A program made the translations under genes and the position numbers. Positions 25,922 to 34,882 of a DNA stretch of 64,000 nucleotides are shown in pieces. The stretch's first letter is position 1; each line of letters opens with the position of its first letter. The notes beneath the pieces were generated by a model. The model was not told the origin of the DNA, did not search any database, and was given only the letters and a program-made list of their open reading frames with translations. The stretch is from Chthonomonas sp. (GTDB lineage Bacteria > Armatimonadota > Fimbriimonadia > Fimbriimonadales > Fimbriimonadaceae): assembly GCA_016788115.1 (NCBI GenBank), contig JAEURR010000007.1, forward strand, positions 152,488 through 216,487, written 5' to 3'.

Positions 25922-27675
25922 TTGTTTCGGGCCTTGGCGACTTCGATGTCGAGCTTGGCCGGAATGCGGAACCAGAACGTCGAACCGACGCCGACCTGAG
26001 ATTCCGCCCAGATCTTGCCCATGTGGACGTCATCCACTAGGTGCTTGACCAAGTAGAGGCCAAGACCCGTACCGTAGATCTTGCGGTTATCTTCGTTGTT
26101 CACTCGGTGGAACTTCTCGAAGACCTTGCCCAAGTGGTCGGCGGGGATGCCGAGACCTTGATCTTCAACACCGATCAAGACCTCTTCGCCGTCGAGCTTG
26201 GCGTGGACAGTGATATCGCCGCCGTTTGGCGCGTACTTAACCGCGTTGTTGATGAGGTTCGTCAGGATCTGATCCAGCTTGTCCTGGTCGCCCACGATCA
26301 TTTGCGGTGTGCTTTCGTCCATGTCGAGCTTGAGCACATGCTTGGTCGTCGACTGCTGCTGCACCATCTGCACCTTGCGGAGCAGCTCGTGAAGGTTCAC
26401 ATCGGAGTAGAGCGGCTTGAGCGATTCACCGGCTTCGATGCGGCTGGTATTGAGCAAGTCGTCGATGAGACGGCGCAGTCGATCGCACTCGTGGACGACG
26501 ATGCCCAAGAACTCTTTCTGGTCAGTCTTGTCGTAGATATCGTCGTCGACGCCTTCCAGGAGGGTCGAGCTAAAGCCCTTGATGGCGGTGAGCGGCGTGC
26601 GAAGCTCGTGCGATGCCATTGCCACAAACGAGCTCTTCATGCGTTCGATCGTCTTCACCTCGGTGATGTCGCTGAAGATCGCGACGACGCCGAGATCCTT
26701 GCCGTCTTCGCTACGAACCGATGCCCCTTGAACCTGGAACACGCGTTCGTTCCGGTTGACCGTGATATCGATCTCCGCGCTCGCAATCTCCTCACCCCGA
26801 AGACCGCTCTCAAAAAGCTTGATGAGCGCTTCGCTCTTGAGGACCTCGCGGAAAGGCTTGCCGAGCGCGTCCGGACCGACGGCAAACATGGCCCGCGCGG
26901 AGCTGTTGATCTGGCTAATGCGCTCATCTACGCTGACCAGCACGAGTCCGGCGGAAACCGATTCGAAAGTCTGCAACAGCTCTTCGCGCTCTTGGACCAC
27001 TTCTCGGTAAAGCTGCAGGTTCGCGATGATCGCGCCAGCATTCATGGCCATGCGCTGCAGTAGGCGAACGTCTTCATCGATGAAGTCTTCGCCGTTGCGC
27101 TTGTTGAACGCGTGGAGGACGCCGATGACGTTGCGCTCGATCACGCGCTGCTCTTCATCTCGCTTCTCGACAATCAGAGGGACGGTGACACCGTTCGAGA
27201 CGCCCATGAGCACCACGTTGTCTTTCATGGTGCGGTCGTCGCTGACCGCGTCGTGGAAGATGATCGGCTCGCCGCTACGGAAGACTTCGCCCGAGATCCC
27301 CTGTGTCGCGCGCACGCGGAACTCGCGCAGGTGTGCGTCGTCGATCCCGTAGGCAGGCGGGATACCGATGAGCTCGCCACGCTCCGGGTCGTGGAACATG
27401 ATCGCAATCTTCTCCGCCTGGAGAATCATCGCGATGCGTTGGACCAACCGACGAAGGGTGGCATCAGCTTCGTTAAGCGGGGTTGCATCAACGCTGGAGT
27501 CAACTACGGAGGCCTTCTGTGGGGCGTTCGTTGAGCCCTTCAGGTCCGCAAGCTCTTTCGAAAGATTGTAATTATCTCGCTCCAGTTCTGCTATGCGTTG
27601 CTTCAGAAGCTCAAACTGTTCATTCGTATCCACTGGCAAGGACTCTCCTGGTGGCGCTTTGGGCTTGAATCCCAT
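25918..27675 (-). CDS. Cytoplasmic sensor histidine kinase (coiled coil, GAF, PAS, HisKA, HATPase_c)
   Basis: Carries FVAMASHELRTPL (H-box), NLINNAVKYAP (N-box), DQGLGI and GTGLGLYLV (G-boxes). No response regulator is adjacent. ATG 27675 was preferred; GTG 27735 is possible. Confidence 0.88.
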   Translation of the reverse strand: MGFKPKAPPGESLPVDTNEQFELLKQRIAELERDNYNLSKELADLKGSTNAPQKASVVDSSVDATPLNEADATLRRLVQRIAMILQAEKIAIMFHDPERGELIGIPPAYGIDDAHLREFRVRATQGISGEVFRSGEPIIFHDAVSDDRTMKDNVVLMGVSNGVTVPLIVEKRDEEQRVIERNVIGVLHAFNKRNGEDFIDEDVRLLQRMAMNAGAIIANLQLYREVVQEREELLQTFESVSAGLVLVSVDERISQINSSARAMFAVGPDALGKPFREVLKSEALIKLFESGLRGEEIASAEIDITVNRNERVFQVQGASVRSEDGKDLGVVAIFSDITEVKTIERMKSSFVAMASHELRTPLTAIKGFSSTLLEGVDDDIYDKTDQKEFLGIVVHECDRLRRLIDDLLNTSRIEAGESLKPLYSDVNLHELLRKVQMVQQQSTTKHVLKLDMDESTPQMIVGDQDKLDQILTNLINNAVKYAPNGGDITVHAKLDGEEVLIGVEDQGLGIPADHLGKVFEKFHRVNNEDNRKIYGTGLGLYLVKHLVDDVHMGKIWAESQVGVGSTFWFRIPAKLDIEVAKARNN

Positions 27676-27812
27676 CCTGCGCCAGTTCGCTATCTTACCC
27701 TCCAGCCCAGGCTGGCAGGCGTCTAGCGATCTCACGGGCTTGGACGCGAAAACCGGGGAGATGTTCCGCTACCCGCAAGCGGAAATCTAAGACCTGGCAC
27801 TATACTTTGGCC

Positions 27813-28481
27813 ATGGCGCACCTCGAGGAGATGCCCCTCTTTCCGCTGCACGCGGTGCTATTCCCATATGCACCGATGCAACTTCACATCTTTGAGGAGA
27901 GGTATCGCGAAATGGTTCGGTACTGCACCGAATTTGACGCACCGTTTGGGGTCGTGCTGATCCGGCATGGTGACGAAGTGGGGGGCTCGGCCGATCCCTA
28001 CCTGGTGGGCACCGCAGTCCACATCGACCGAGTAGAGTCCTACGACGACGGCAAGATGGATGTGCATGTCCACGGCGAGCGCCGCTTCCGAGTTCGCAAG
28101 ATCGATGAATCTAAACCCTATCTAGTCGGGCTCGTCGAGCCGGTGACCGAGATTGAGTGCGAAAACATCAACCGCTTGGACGCTCTCTGCATCCGGGCCC
28201 AAGAGGTGTTCCGGCTTTGGGTCGAGACTGCCTTCGCGGGACAAGAGGTCTCGGTGGAAGTGAAGTTCCCCGAAGATCCCGTTCCGATGTCGTTCCTCAT
28301 CGCAAACTACCTGCCGATCGACAATCTCACCAAACAGCGGATGCTGGAGACCACCGACACAAGCCAGCGGCTCGCCGACCTCGTGCCGCTCATTGAGGCG
28401 CAAGTAGACGACGCTCGAGCCGGGCATTCGCTCTACCGCGTCGAGTCGACCCAGCTCGTCGATTGGATTCACCCGAACTGA
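27813..28481 (+). CDS. LON substrate-binding (LonN) domain-only protein
   Basis: Carries MPLFPLHAVLFPYAPMQLHIFEERY and is about 220 aa long, with no ATPase or protease domains. Confidence 0.8.
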   Translation: MAHLEEMPLFPLHAVLFPYAPMQLHIFEERYREMVRYCTEFDAPFGVVLIRHGDEVGGSADPYLVGTAVHIDRVESYDDGKMDVHVHGERRFRVRKIDESKPYLVGLVEPVTEIECENINRLDALCIRAQEVFRLWVETAFAGQEVSVEVKFPEDPVPMSFLIANYLPIDNLTKQRMLETTDTSQRLADLVPLIEAQVDDARAGHSLYRVESTQLVDWIHPN

Positions 28482-29421
28482 CGGACCGTCCCATCAGTGC
28501 CTCGAAGAACTCCCTGTCACGGAACTGATCGATCACACGTACGGGTGCCTGGCGCACGATCGTCAGGTTCAGCGAAGGGACCACGTACAGCCGCTGCCCC
28601 CCGAGGCCTGCGGCAATGTATACATCTTTAGGGAGCTTTGTGGACCAATCCCACTTTGCTAGCCCGCTGGGCTGTAGCCCCTGCGCCGAGGGATACCACC
28701 AAGTTAGTGCGTACGAAGGGTTCAAAGTGGTGGTCTGGAACAGCGGAGTGATGTTGCCGGGACGAAGGACGCCCTTGTCGCCCCGGCGCACCATCTCGCC
28801 GAACTTGATCCACTCTCGAGCGCTCAGAGACGCTCCCATCGGCAATTGGATGTTCCCCGCGGCATCGGTCAGCCATCTTCCGTGAGTCATCCCGAGCGGC
28901 TTGAAAATCTTGGCTTCGTAGTAATCGAGCACGCTTTGGCCCTTGCTCGCCAGTTTGCGACGAAGAAGCTCCCCGAACGCCTGGAACGACGTGGATGTGT
29001 ACTGGAAACGAGTGTTGTTCTTCGCGTTCTGCTTTGCCGCAAGCGTATCGGCGTAGCTGATGGGACGCCCGATGGGCGTGCCAGGAAATCCTGCCACCAG
29101 GTGCAAGAGTTGCGAGATCGTGATGTCTCGTCTCCCGTCGGCTTTCCACTCGGTGAGCGTGTCCGAAACTCGATCGGACAGTTTCAGCAGTCCATCCTCC
29201 TGCGCACAGAGCGCGGCAATCCCACAGAAACTCTTGGTCCCGCTGGCGAGCTCCCACGTGCGCTCCTTGTCACCCCCATTGGGATACTCCTCGTACACGA
29301 CCTTCCCGCCCTGCATCGCCAAGAAGGAAACGCCTCGGTGCTCAGCGCTGTTTGATGCCGCGGCCCTGAAGTCCAGCGGTGGCGCAGAAGCAATGAGTAG
29401 CAAAGCGACGAGTGCGTTCAT
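28390..29421 (-). CDS. Secreted serine hydrolase, beta-lactamase/transpeptidase-like family
   Basis: Signal peptide MNALVALLLIASA and an SxxK motif (ASGTKSF). The 3' end overlaps the LonN-domain gene by 92 nt. Confidence 0.78.
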   Translation of the reverse strand: MNALVALLLIASAPPLDFRAAASNSAEHRGVSFLAMQGGKVVYEEYPNGGDKERTWELASGTKSFCGIAALCAQEDGLLKLSDRVSDTLTEWKADGRRDITISQLLHLVAGFPGTPIGRPISYADTLAAKQNAKNNTRFQYTSTSFQAFGELLRRKLASKGQSVLDYYEAKIFKPLGMTHGRWLTDAAGNIQLPMGASLSAREWIKFGEMVRRGDKGVLRPGNITPLFQTTTLNPSYALTWWYPSAQGLQPSGLAKWDWSTKLPKDVYIAAGLGGQRLYVVPSLNLTIVRQAPVRVIDQFRDREFFEALMGRSVSSGESNRRAGSTRRGRANARLERRLLAPQ

Positions 29422-29424
29422 GGT

Positions 29425-30252
29425 GTGTCGTTACGAGCGGAGTCCCCAAAGGTTCAGTTCGGTCCTGGGCCTGCCATAATCGACACTGTGACTTCCCACG
29501 CTGCGGCGCGTCTCGAACTGCAACTCTTAGCGGCCCAAGCAGGCGAGATTGCGACGAAGCTGCGGAACAGCATGGACCCGCGACTGAAGTCCGACGGCAG
29601 TATCGTCACCCGGGCCGATTGTGAAATCGAAGCACTCTTGCGCATTGAGCTTCCCAAGCTCGTACCCGGAACCACCGTTTGGGGTGAAGAACAGGGATTT
29701 CAGGAGCCCGGACCCAATGGCTTGTGGCTCGTCGATCCGGTAGACGGCACGAGCAACTACCGTTTTGGTTCGCCGCTGTGGGGAGTGAGCATCGGGCTGG
29801 TCCAGGGCGGTCAAGTCGTGCTCGGAGCCATCGCTCTTCCCGACTTGGACGAGATCTACTCGGCACACTTTGGCGGGGGCGCGACCTGTAATGACGTTCC
29901 CTTACCCGCCATCAGACCCGGTCCGATCAAGAACGAAGAGCTCGTGAGCTACTCGGATCGGACGCTCATTCAATACGCTGGGCACAAGTTGCCCGGCAAG
30001 ATGCGGTACGCAGGCGCGTTCGTGATCGAATCGACGTTTATGCTGAAGGGCCACTTTCGCGGGGTGATCAGTCACAAAGCGAATCTATACGATGTGGCGG
30101 CGAGCATCTGCATGGCCACGGAGCTCGGGGCTGAGATCTGCTACTTCGACGGCAGCGCACTGGACATACCAGCCCTGATCCGCGCACAAAGAATTGAAAA
30201 GCCGTTCCTGATTTTCCCGCAAGACTCAGGATTTCGATTGCCGAATATCTAG
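29425..30252 (+). CDS. Inositol monophosphatase family protein
   Basis: Carries WLVDPVDGTSNY and a downstream AAS/DVAA motif. GTG start. Confidence 0.83.
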   Translation: MSLRAESPKVQFGPGPAIIDTVTSHAAARLELQLLAAQAGEIATKLRNSMDPRLKSDGSIVTRADCEIEALLRIELPKLVPGTTVWGEEQGFQEPGPNGLWLVDPVDGTSNYRFGSPLWGVSIGLVQGGQVVLGAIALPDLDEIYSAHFGGGATCNDVPLPAIRPGPIKNEELVSYSDRTLIQYAGHKLPGKMRYAGAFVIESTFMLKGHFRGVISHKANLYDVAASICMATELGAEICYFDGSALDIPALIRAQRIEKPFLIFPQDSGFRLPNI

Positions 30253-30744
30253 TCTTGCCCTGATTTGCTGGGCGTTCAGGGTGCTTGCGGCGGAATCACC
30301 AATGTACTCCCATGCCACCTCGCCGTCTGCCCCGATATGGATGATTCCTGGCAATTGCCAGATATCTCCTAGCGGGAGACCCACCCAGTGGCCGCGCAGT
30401 ATCGCACCAAACCCACGAGCGAAGACCTTGGGACCGATGAGTTGGGCTAGCGACGCTCGACCCACCCCAAAATGCTCAGCGAGGGTTCGTTCGGCATCCA
30501 CAATAATTTCATGTGGCGACCGCACTTTCTCCCGGAACTGCCTTGCCTCAGCCACCGTCGCACCCACCACGAAGAAAACCGGGATCCCGATTTCGAGTCT
30601 GAGTGCGGTCACCTGCTCTTTGCAGAATGGACACCCTAGATGACGCAGGAACACCAGCAGCGCGCCTGAAGGTTGGTACAAACTCTCGAACGGAACACAA
30701 GCACCGGAGCTGAGTTGGACCGGGAAGCTAGCCTCGATACTCAT
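30226..30744 (-). CDS. Thioredoxin-fold AhpC/TSA-like (peroxiredoxin-like) protein
   Basis: Carries LVFLRHLGCPFCKEQ, a redox-type cysteine motif, and is about 170 aa long. It overlaps the sigma factor stop by 17 nt. Confidence 0.68.
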   Translation of the reverse strand: MSIEASFPVQLSSGACVPFESLYQPSGALLVFLRHLGCPFCKEQVTALRLEIGIPVFFVVGATVAEARQFREKVRSPHEIIVDAERTLAEHFGVGRASLAQLIGPKVFARGFGAILRGHWVGLPLGDIWQLPGIIHIGADGEVAWEYIGDSAASTLNAQQIRARLDIRQSKS

Positions 30745-31588
30745 CCCTTTGCTGGCGCACCATGACCGTAGCGCGGAGCCGCCGCAGTCCTGTTGCTTCG
30801 ATCTGGCGCACTCGCTCGCGGGTTAGATGCATGCGCTCAGACACCTCGTTCAGCGTGAGCGGTTGACCGTCCAGCAGTCCGTAGCGCAGCTCAATCACTT
30901 GACGCCCCTTTGGATCGAGATGCGCAAGCAGTGCAGCGATCCGAGCCGTGTGCTCCATTCGCGTGATCATCAGTTCTGAGTCGCTCTCCGCGTCTGTGGA
31001 TAGCACATCCGCGAGCGTTCCCCCGCCGCTTGCCAGCGGCTGATCCAGGCTAACGGTGGCCTCAAGCAGGACCCGCTTAGCCTCGGCGACCGAGGCCACG
31101 TCGGAGTGGATTTCGCGGGCGATCTCCCCATCCGTAGGCTCGCGCCCAAAAATCGCACTTAGGCGTGTCCGCGCTTGCGAGACTTTGTTACATTCGGTAG
31201 CCACATGGTATGGCACCCTTATACATCGACTGTTCGCCTGAACCGCCCGTGAGATCGACTGCTTGATCCACCAAAGCGCGTAAGTACTGAGTCGATAGCC
31301 GCGCGACGGATCGAACCGCTCGATCGCCTTCATCAGTCCGATATTGCCTTCTTGGATGAGGTCGTTGAGTGGCAATCCTCGTCCGATGAACTTGCGACAG
31401 ACGCTCACGACTAGACGCAAGTTGGCTTGAATGAGCGCCTCGCGGCACTGGTGGCAACCCGCCGCCGCGCAGCGCGACAAAGCGATCTCCTGTTCCACCG
31501 TGAGCAACGGAGTGCGGCCAATGGTCCGTAACCAGACCGTAGCGGCATCCTCTATTCCCCCCTGAACCCCGTAAACTTGGTCAACCAT
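30728..31588 (-). CDS. RNA polymerase sigma-70 family factor (regions 2-4, no region 1.1)
   Basis: Carries DLIQEGNIGLMKAIERFDPSRGYRLSTYALWWIKQSISRAV (region 2) and TLNEVSERMHLTRERVRQIEATGLRRLR (region 4.2). It lies downstream of dnaG. Confidence 0.9.
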   Translation of the reverse strand: MVDQVYGVQGGIEDAATVWLRTIGRTPLLTVEQEIALSRCAAAGCHQCREALIQANLRLVVSVCRKFIGRGLPLNDLIQEGNIGLMKAIERFDPSRGYRLSTYALWWIKQSISRAVQANSRCIRVPYHVATECNKVSQARTRLSAIFGREPTDGEIAREIHSDVASVAEAKRVLLEATVSLDQPLASGGGTLADVLSTDAESDSELMITRMEHTARIAALLAHLDPKGRQVIELRYGLLDGQPLTLNEVSERMHLTRERVRQIEATGLRRLRATVMVRQQRDEYRG

Positions 31589-31663
31589 CCAGGCCCCACA
31601 CCTGATTCCTTAGTAACACTGTACGACAGAAATCAATGAATTCCTGATAATTTTGCTGAGGAT

Positions 31664-33394
31664 TCAGCCGCTTCCCTTTAGTTCTCTAAGTTTTTCGTTG
31701 ATCTGCGACAAGGCGGTGTCGTCGGGCGTGCTCTGCTGCCACGAGGCGCGCAACAAGTTTTGCGAGAGTTTCTGGCGCAGCCGCTCCAGGGAATCGCGCA
31801 CGACTTCGGCGTCCAATCGCTCGGCGTGACCCGCGAGCATTTCAGCGTAAGTAAATCTCAGAGCTTCGGGGGTGAGGTCGTGCCCCCATAGAGCAAACGC
31901 GCCTGCGGGTGGATCGTCCTCGAACCGATCTCGCAGCATCGTCGCGATGTCGTACGCCAAGGTGGTCCCAAACAACTCCGGTTGTCGCACGGCAGCCCAA
32001 GCGGGGGCCCTCAGTTCCGGGTCCCCAAGCGCTAGCAGCAATGCGCGCTCCGGACCGGTCATCTCGCTACGGCCAAATCGCTCTCGACGCCGTGGGCCAG
32101 TCGCACCTCCTTGCCTCGGTTGAGCCGGTTGTCGCCCATAGTCCCGGATCTGGTTCTTGAGCGCTTGGCGCGCGGCAATAGGATCGCGCAACCCTGGATA
32201 CGTCGGAGCAAGTTCTTGGACCAGCCGTTCACGGTCCAGCGCCGATGCGGTCGCCAGCACGGCCACAACCTCTTGCCAGTACTCCGGTTGCGTGGGCTGG
32301 TAGATTCCCTGCAATCGCAGGATCCGGAAGTCCACCGGTGTGAGGCCACCTTCCGCCGCTCGCGCGACCGCCCCCGCTCCGCTCGTGCGCAACAGCGTAT
32401 CCGGATCTTCGCCGGGAGGCATTAGCGCGACGGTCACGACGAGGCCCGCTTCCTCCAGCATCGCGCTCGCACGCTCCGCTGCCTTCTGGCCCGCCGCATC
32501 GTTGTCGTATAGAATCGTCACTTGCTTGCACCAGCGAGCCAGCATTTTTGCGTGGTCCTCACTGAGCGATGTACCCAGCGAGGCGACCGCCTCGGTCACA
32601 CCCGCAGCGTGGCAAGCGATGACGTCCAAGTAACCTTCGACGAGCACCGCCCGATTCTTCTTCGAGATCGTGTCCTTGGCTCGGTGCATGCCGTAGAGGA
32701 CTCGCCGCTTGCTGTAGATCGGGGTATCGCTGGAGTTTATGTACTTCGGGATCCCGTTTGACAGGAGCCGCCCACCGAACGCAACCAGGGCCCCGCGTTC
32801 ATCTCGAATCGGGAACATCAGGCGGGCTCGAAACTTTGATGCATAGCCTCGGTCCTGGTCACCATCGACGAGGAAGAGCTCCTTGCAGTCCGCCAGGGAG
32901 AACCCGGACTTCTTGAGGTGCGTAGGGAGTCCTTCTTCGACATCGGGCGCGAATCCGATCTCCCACTGTTTGAGCACCTCCTCCGTGAGTCCGCGTCCAA
33001 AGCAGTACGCGGTCGCTGCGGAAGTCTTGAAGAGTTGGCTGGCGAAGAACTCCTGCGCGGCGTTCATCGCCCCTTCATAGGTCCCGCGCTTGTTCGAGTC
33101 TTGGGCGGGGCGTGCGGTGAGTTCGATTCCTGCGCGCTTGGCAAGGAACTCCAGAGCTTCGCGGAAGGTTACACGCTGAGTCTCCATGACCCACGTGAAC
33201 ATATCCCCCTTCGCGCCGCACGACCAGCAACGGTAGCTGCCGGTCTGGTCATTGACAGTAAAGGACGGGTTCTTGTCGTCGTGAAACGGACAAAGACCCG
33301 TCCAATTTTTTCCTCGCTTCTGCAGGCGAACTTCGTCGCCAACAAGTTCGACGAGACTTACGCGTGCGCGGATAAGCTCGCGCTCATCGGCCAC
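31664..33394 (-). CDS. dnaG: DNA primase
   Basis: Zinc-ribbon motifs CPFHDDKNPSF and YRCWSCGAKGD, plus a TOPRIM region (VLVEGYLDVI, ILYDNDAAGQKA). GTG start with an AAGGAG RBS that overlaps the upstream stop. Confidence 0.92.
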   Translation of the reverse strand: MADERELIRARVSLVELVGDEVRLQKRGKNWTGLCPFHDDKNPSFTVNDQTGSYRCWSCGAKGDMFTWVMETQRVTFREALEFLAKRAGIELTARPAQDSNKRGTYEGAMNAAQEFFASQLFKTSAATAYCFGRGLTEEVLKQWEIGFAPDVEEGLPTHLKKSGFSLADCKELFLVDGDQDRGYASKFRARLMFPIRDERGALVAFGGRLLSNGIPKYINSSDTPIYSKRRVLYGMHRAKDTISKKNRAVLVEGYLDVIACHAAGVTEAVASLGTSLSEDHAKMLARWCKQVTILYDNDAAGQKAAERASAMLEEAGLVVTVALMPPGEDPDTLLRTSGAGAVARAAEGGLTPVDFRILRLQGIYQPTQPEYWQEVVAVLATASALDRERLVQELAPTYPGLRDPIAARQALKNQIRDYGRQPAQPRQGGATGPRRRERFGRSEMTGPERALLLALGDPELRAPAWAAVRQPELFGTTLAYDIATMLRDRFEDDPPAGAFALWGHDLTPEALRFTYAEMLAGHAERLDAEVVRDSLERLRQKLSQNLLRASWQQSTPDDTALSQINEKLRELKGSG

Positions 33395-33406
33395 GCGCGT
33401 GTCTCC

Positions 33407-34282
33407 TTACTTCTTGCCGGCAGCGACGACGATTCCAGTGACCTGGTGCTTCTTGCCCTGCGAGATCTTCTGGAAGCGGAAAGCAACCCGGCTGTTGGTG
33501 AGGAATCGAACGACCATCGTGTCGCCCGAGATCTCGTAGCCGTCCGGGGTGGCGTAGCGCTTCATGACGTCTGCGAAGCTGTCTCCGAACTCGATGCCGC
33601 GGCGAGTAAGAACGCGAGCGTCCTTGATGCCAATCGCTTCGATCTGGATGACCTTGTTGAACTTATCGAGAACGAAGCCGTAGCGGGATCCCTGGAATCG
33701 GTAGACCCACCGAACGAACTGTGTCGCCTCGACGGTGGTTGAGGTACCGTCTCCGCTCGCACCGCCTCCGCCACTGCCACCAGCATTGCCACGGGGGTTT
33801 GCGCCTTCGTTCATTCCGCCGTTGCGGCCGCCGCCTTCATCTTCGGGCGAAAACTGATTGAAGGACTCAGCACCGAATGGGTCGCCGATCATCCCTTCAG
33901 GACGGGCATCTTCACGAGCGCGAGGGCCACCGCCCGGGCCAGCGCCACCGCCTTCACCCGATCGTCCGCCGCTACTGGGACCACCTGCTCGGCCACCGCC
34001 GCCGCCGTCACCGCCGCCGCTGTCACCGCCGCCGCCGAGGGTGATGGCCATGATCTCATCGGGCGAACCGTACTTCGCGATCACCTTGGCGCCGCTGTCG
34101 TAGATCCCGATCCCAACGAGCGCACTTTCGATCGTGCTGGTCTTGATGGCTCGAGCCTTTCGCTTCGCGGCCGACATCCCTTGGGTTGAACTTCCGGTCG
34201 AATAGTTCACGCCACCGTCGGCGAATCCGACAGGGATGGTCACCGTCAAGGCGAGGAGCAGAGCTAGTGTACGCGTCTTCAA
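33407..34282 (-). CDS. Secreted protein with a central Gly-rich low-complexity linker
   Basis: Signal-like MKTRTLALLLALTVTIPVGFA (TTG start). A linker of about 100 aa is rich in G/S/D/R/A/P and includes several poly-Gly runs (e.g. GGGGDSGGGDGGGGGRAGG). It sits between two small folded-looking segments, 12 nt upstream of dnaG. Confidence 0.6.
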   Translation of the reverse strand: MKTRTLALLLALTVTIPVGFADGGVNYSTGSSTQGMSAAKRKARAIKTSTIESALVGIGIYDSGAKVIAKYGSPDEIMAITLGGGGDSGGGDGGGGGRAGGPSSGGRSGEGGGAGPGGGPRAREDARPEGMIGDPFGAESFNQFSPEDEGGGRNGGMNEGANPRGNAGGSGGGGASGDGTSTTVEATQFVRWVYRFQGSRYGFVLDKFNKVIQIEAIGIKDARVLTRRGIEFGDSFADVMKRYATPDGYEISGDTMVVRFLTNSRVAFRFQKISQGKKHQVTGIVVAAGKK

Positions 34283-34455
34283 AATTGTGAAAGCCTCCGA
34301 AATTCGGTCTCGTGTTCAGCCACTTTACCTGCTTCAATGGACGTTCCGATAGGCGCATTTGGTTACAGGTCGCACAAAACTTCGACGAGGAAGCGTATGC
34401 AACAATAGCAAGCGGGATGTACGCGTCCCGGCTTCATTTTCGGAGGATATGAATC

Positions 34456-34779
34456 ATGGGTGCAGAACTCGCTGTCTCCACAGCTGAATTTGACGAGAAA
34501 GTACTGAAATCGGACGTGCCTGTCCTAGTTGACTTCTGGGCAGAGTGGTGCGGACCGTGTCGCGCCATCGGTCCCAGCATTGACGCGCTCTCGCAGGAGT
34601 ATGCAGGCCGTGCCAAGGTCTACAAGGTAAATGTCGACAACGAAGGCGCAATCGCCGAGCGATACGGGATCATGAGCATCCCCGCGCTGCTCGTCTTCAA
34701 GGGTGGCCAGAAGGTCGACCAGATGGTCGGTGCGGGTCCCAAGGAAGCCATCGAAGGACTGATCAAGCGCAACCTGTAA
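34456..34779 (+). CDS. trxA: Thioredoxin
   Basis: 107 aa, with VLVDFWAEWCGPCR (WCGPC active site). Confidence 0.93.
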   Translation: MGAELAVSTAEFDEKVLKSDVPVLVDFWAEWCGPCRAIGPSIDALSQEYAGRAKVYKVNVDNEGAIAERYGIMSIPALLVFKGGQKVDQMVGAGPKEAIEGLIKRNL

Positions 34780-34799
34780 TCATCGAACGGAATGTCTTC

Positions 34800-34843
34800 A
34801 AACCGAGCGCGGGCACCATTGCCCCCGCTCGGTTTGTTGTTTG
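34800..34843 (+). terminator. Rho-independent terminator after trxA
   Basis: AAACCGAGCG-N16-CGCTCGGTTT, followed by GTTGTTTG. Confidence 0.6.
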
Positions 34844-34882
34844 CAGTATCCTTTCCGCACCGATGAACTCCCTGGGGCTAGC

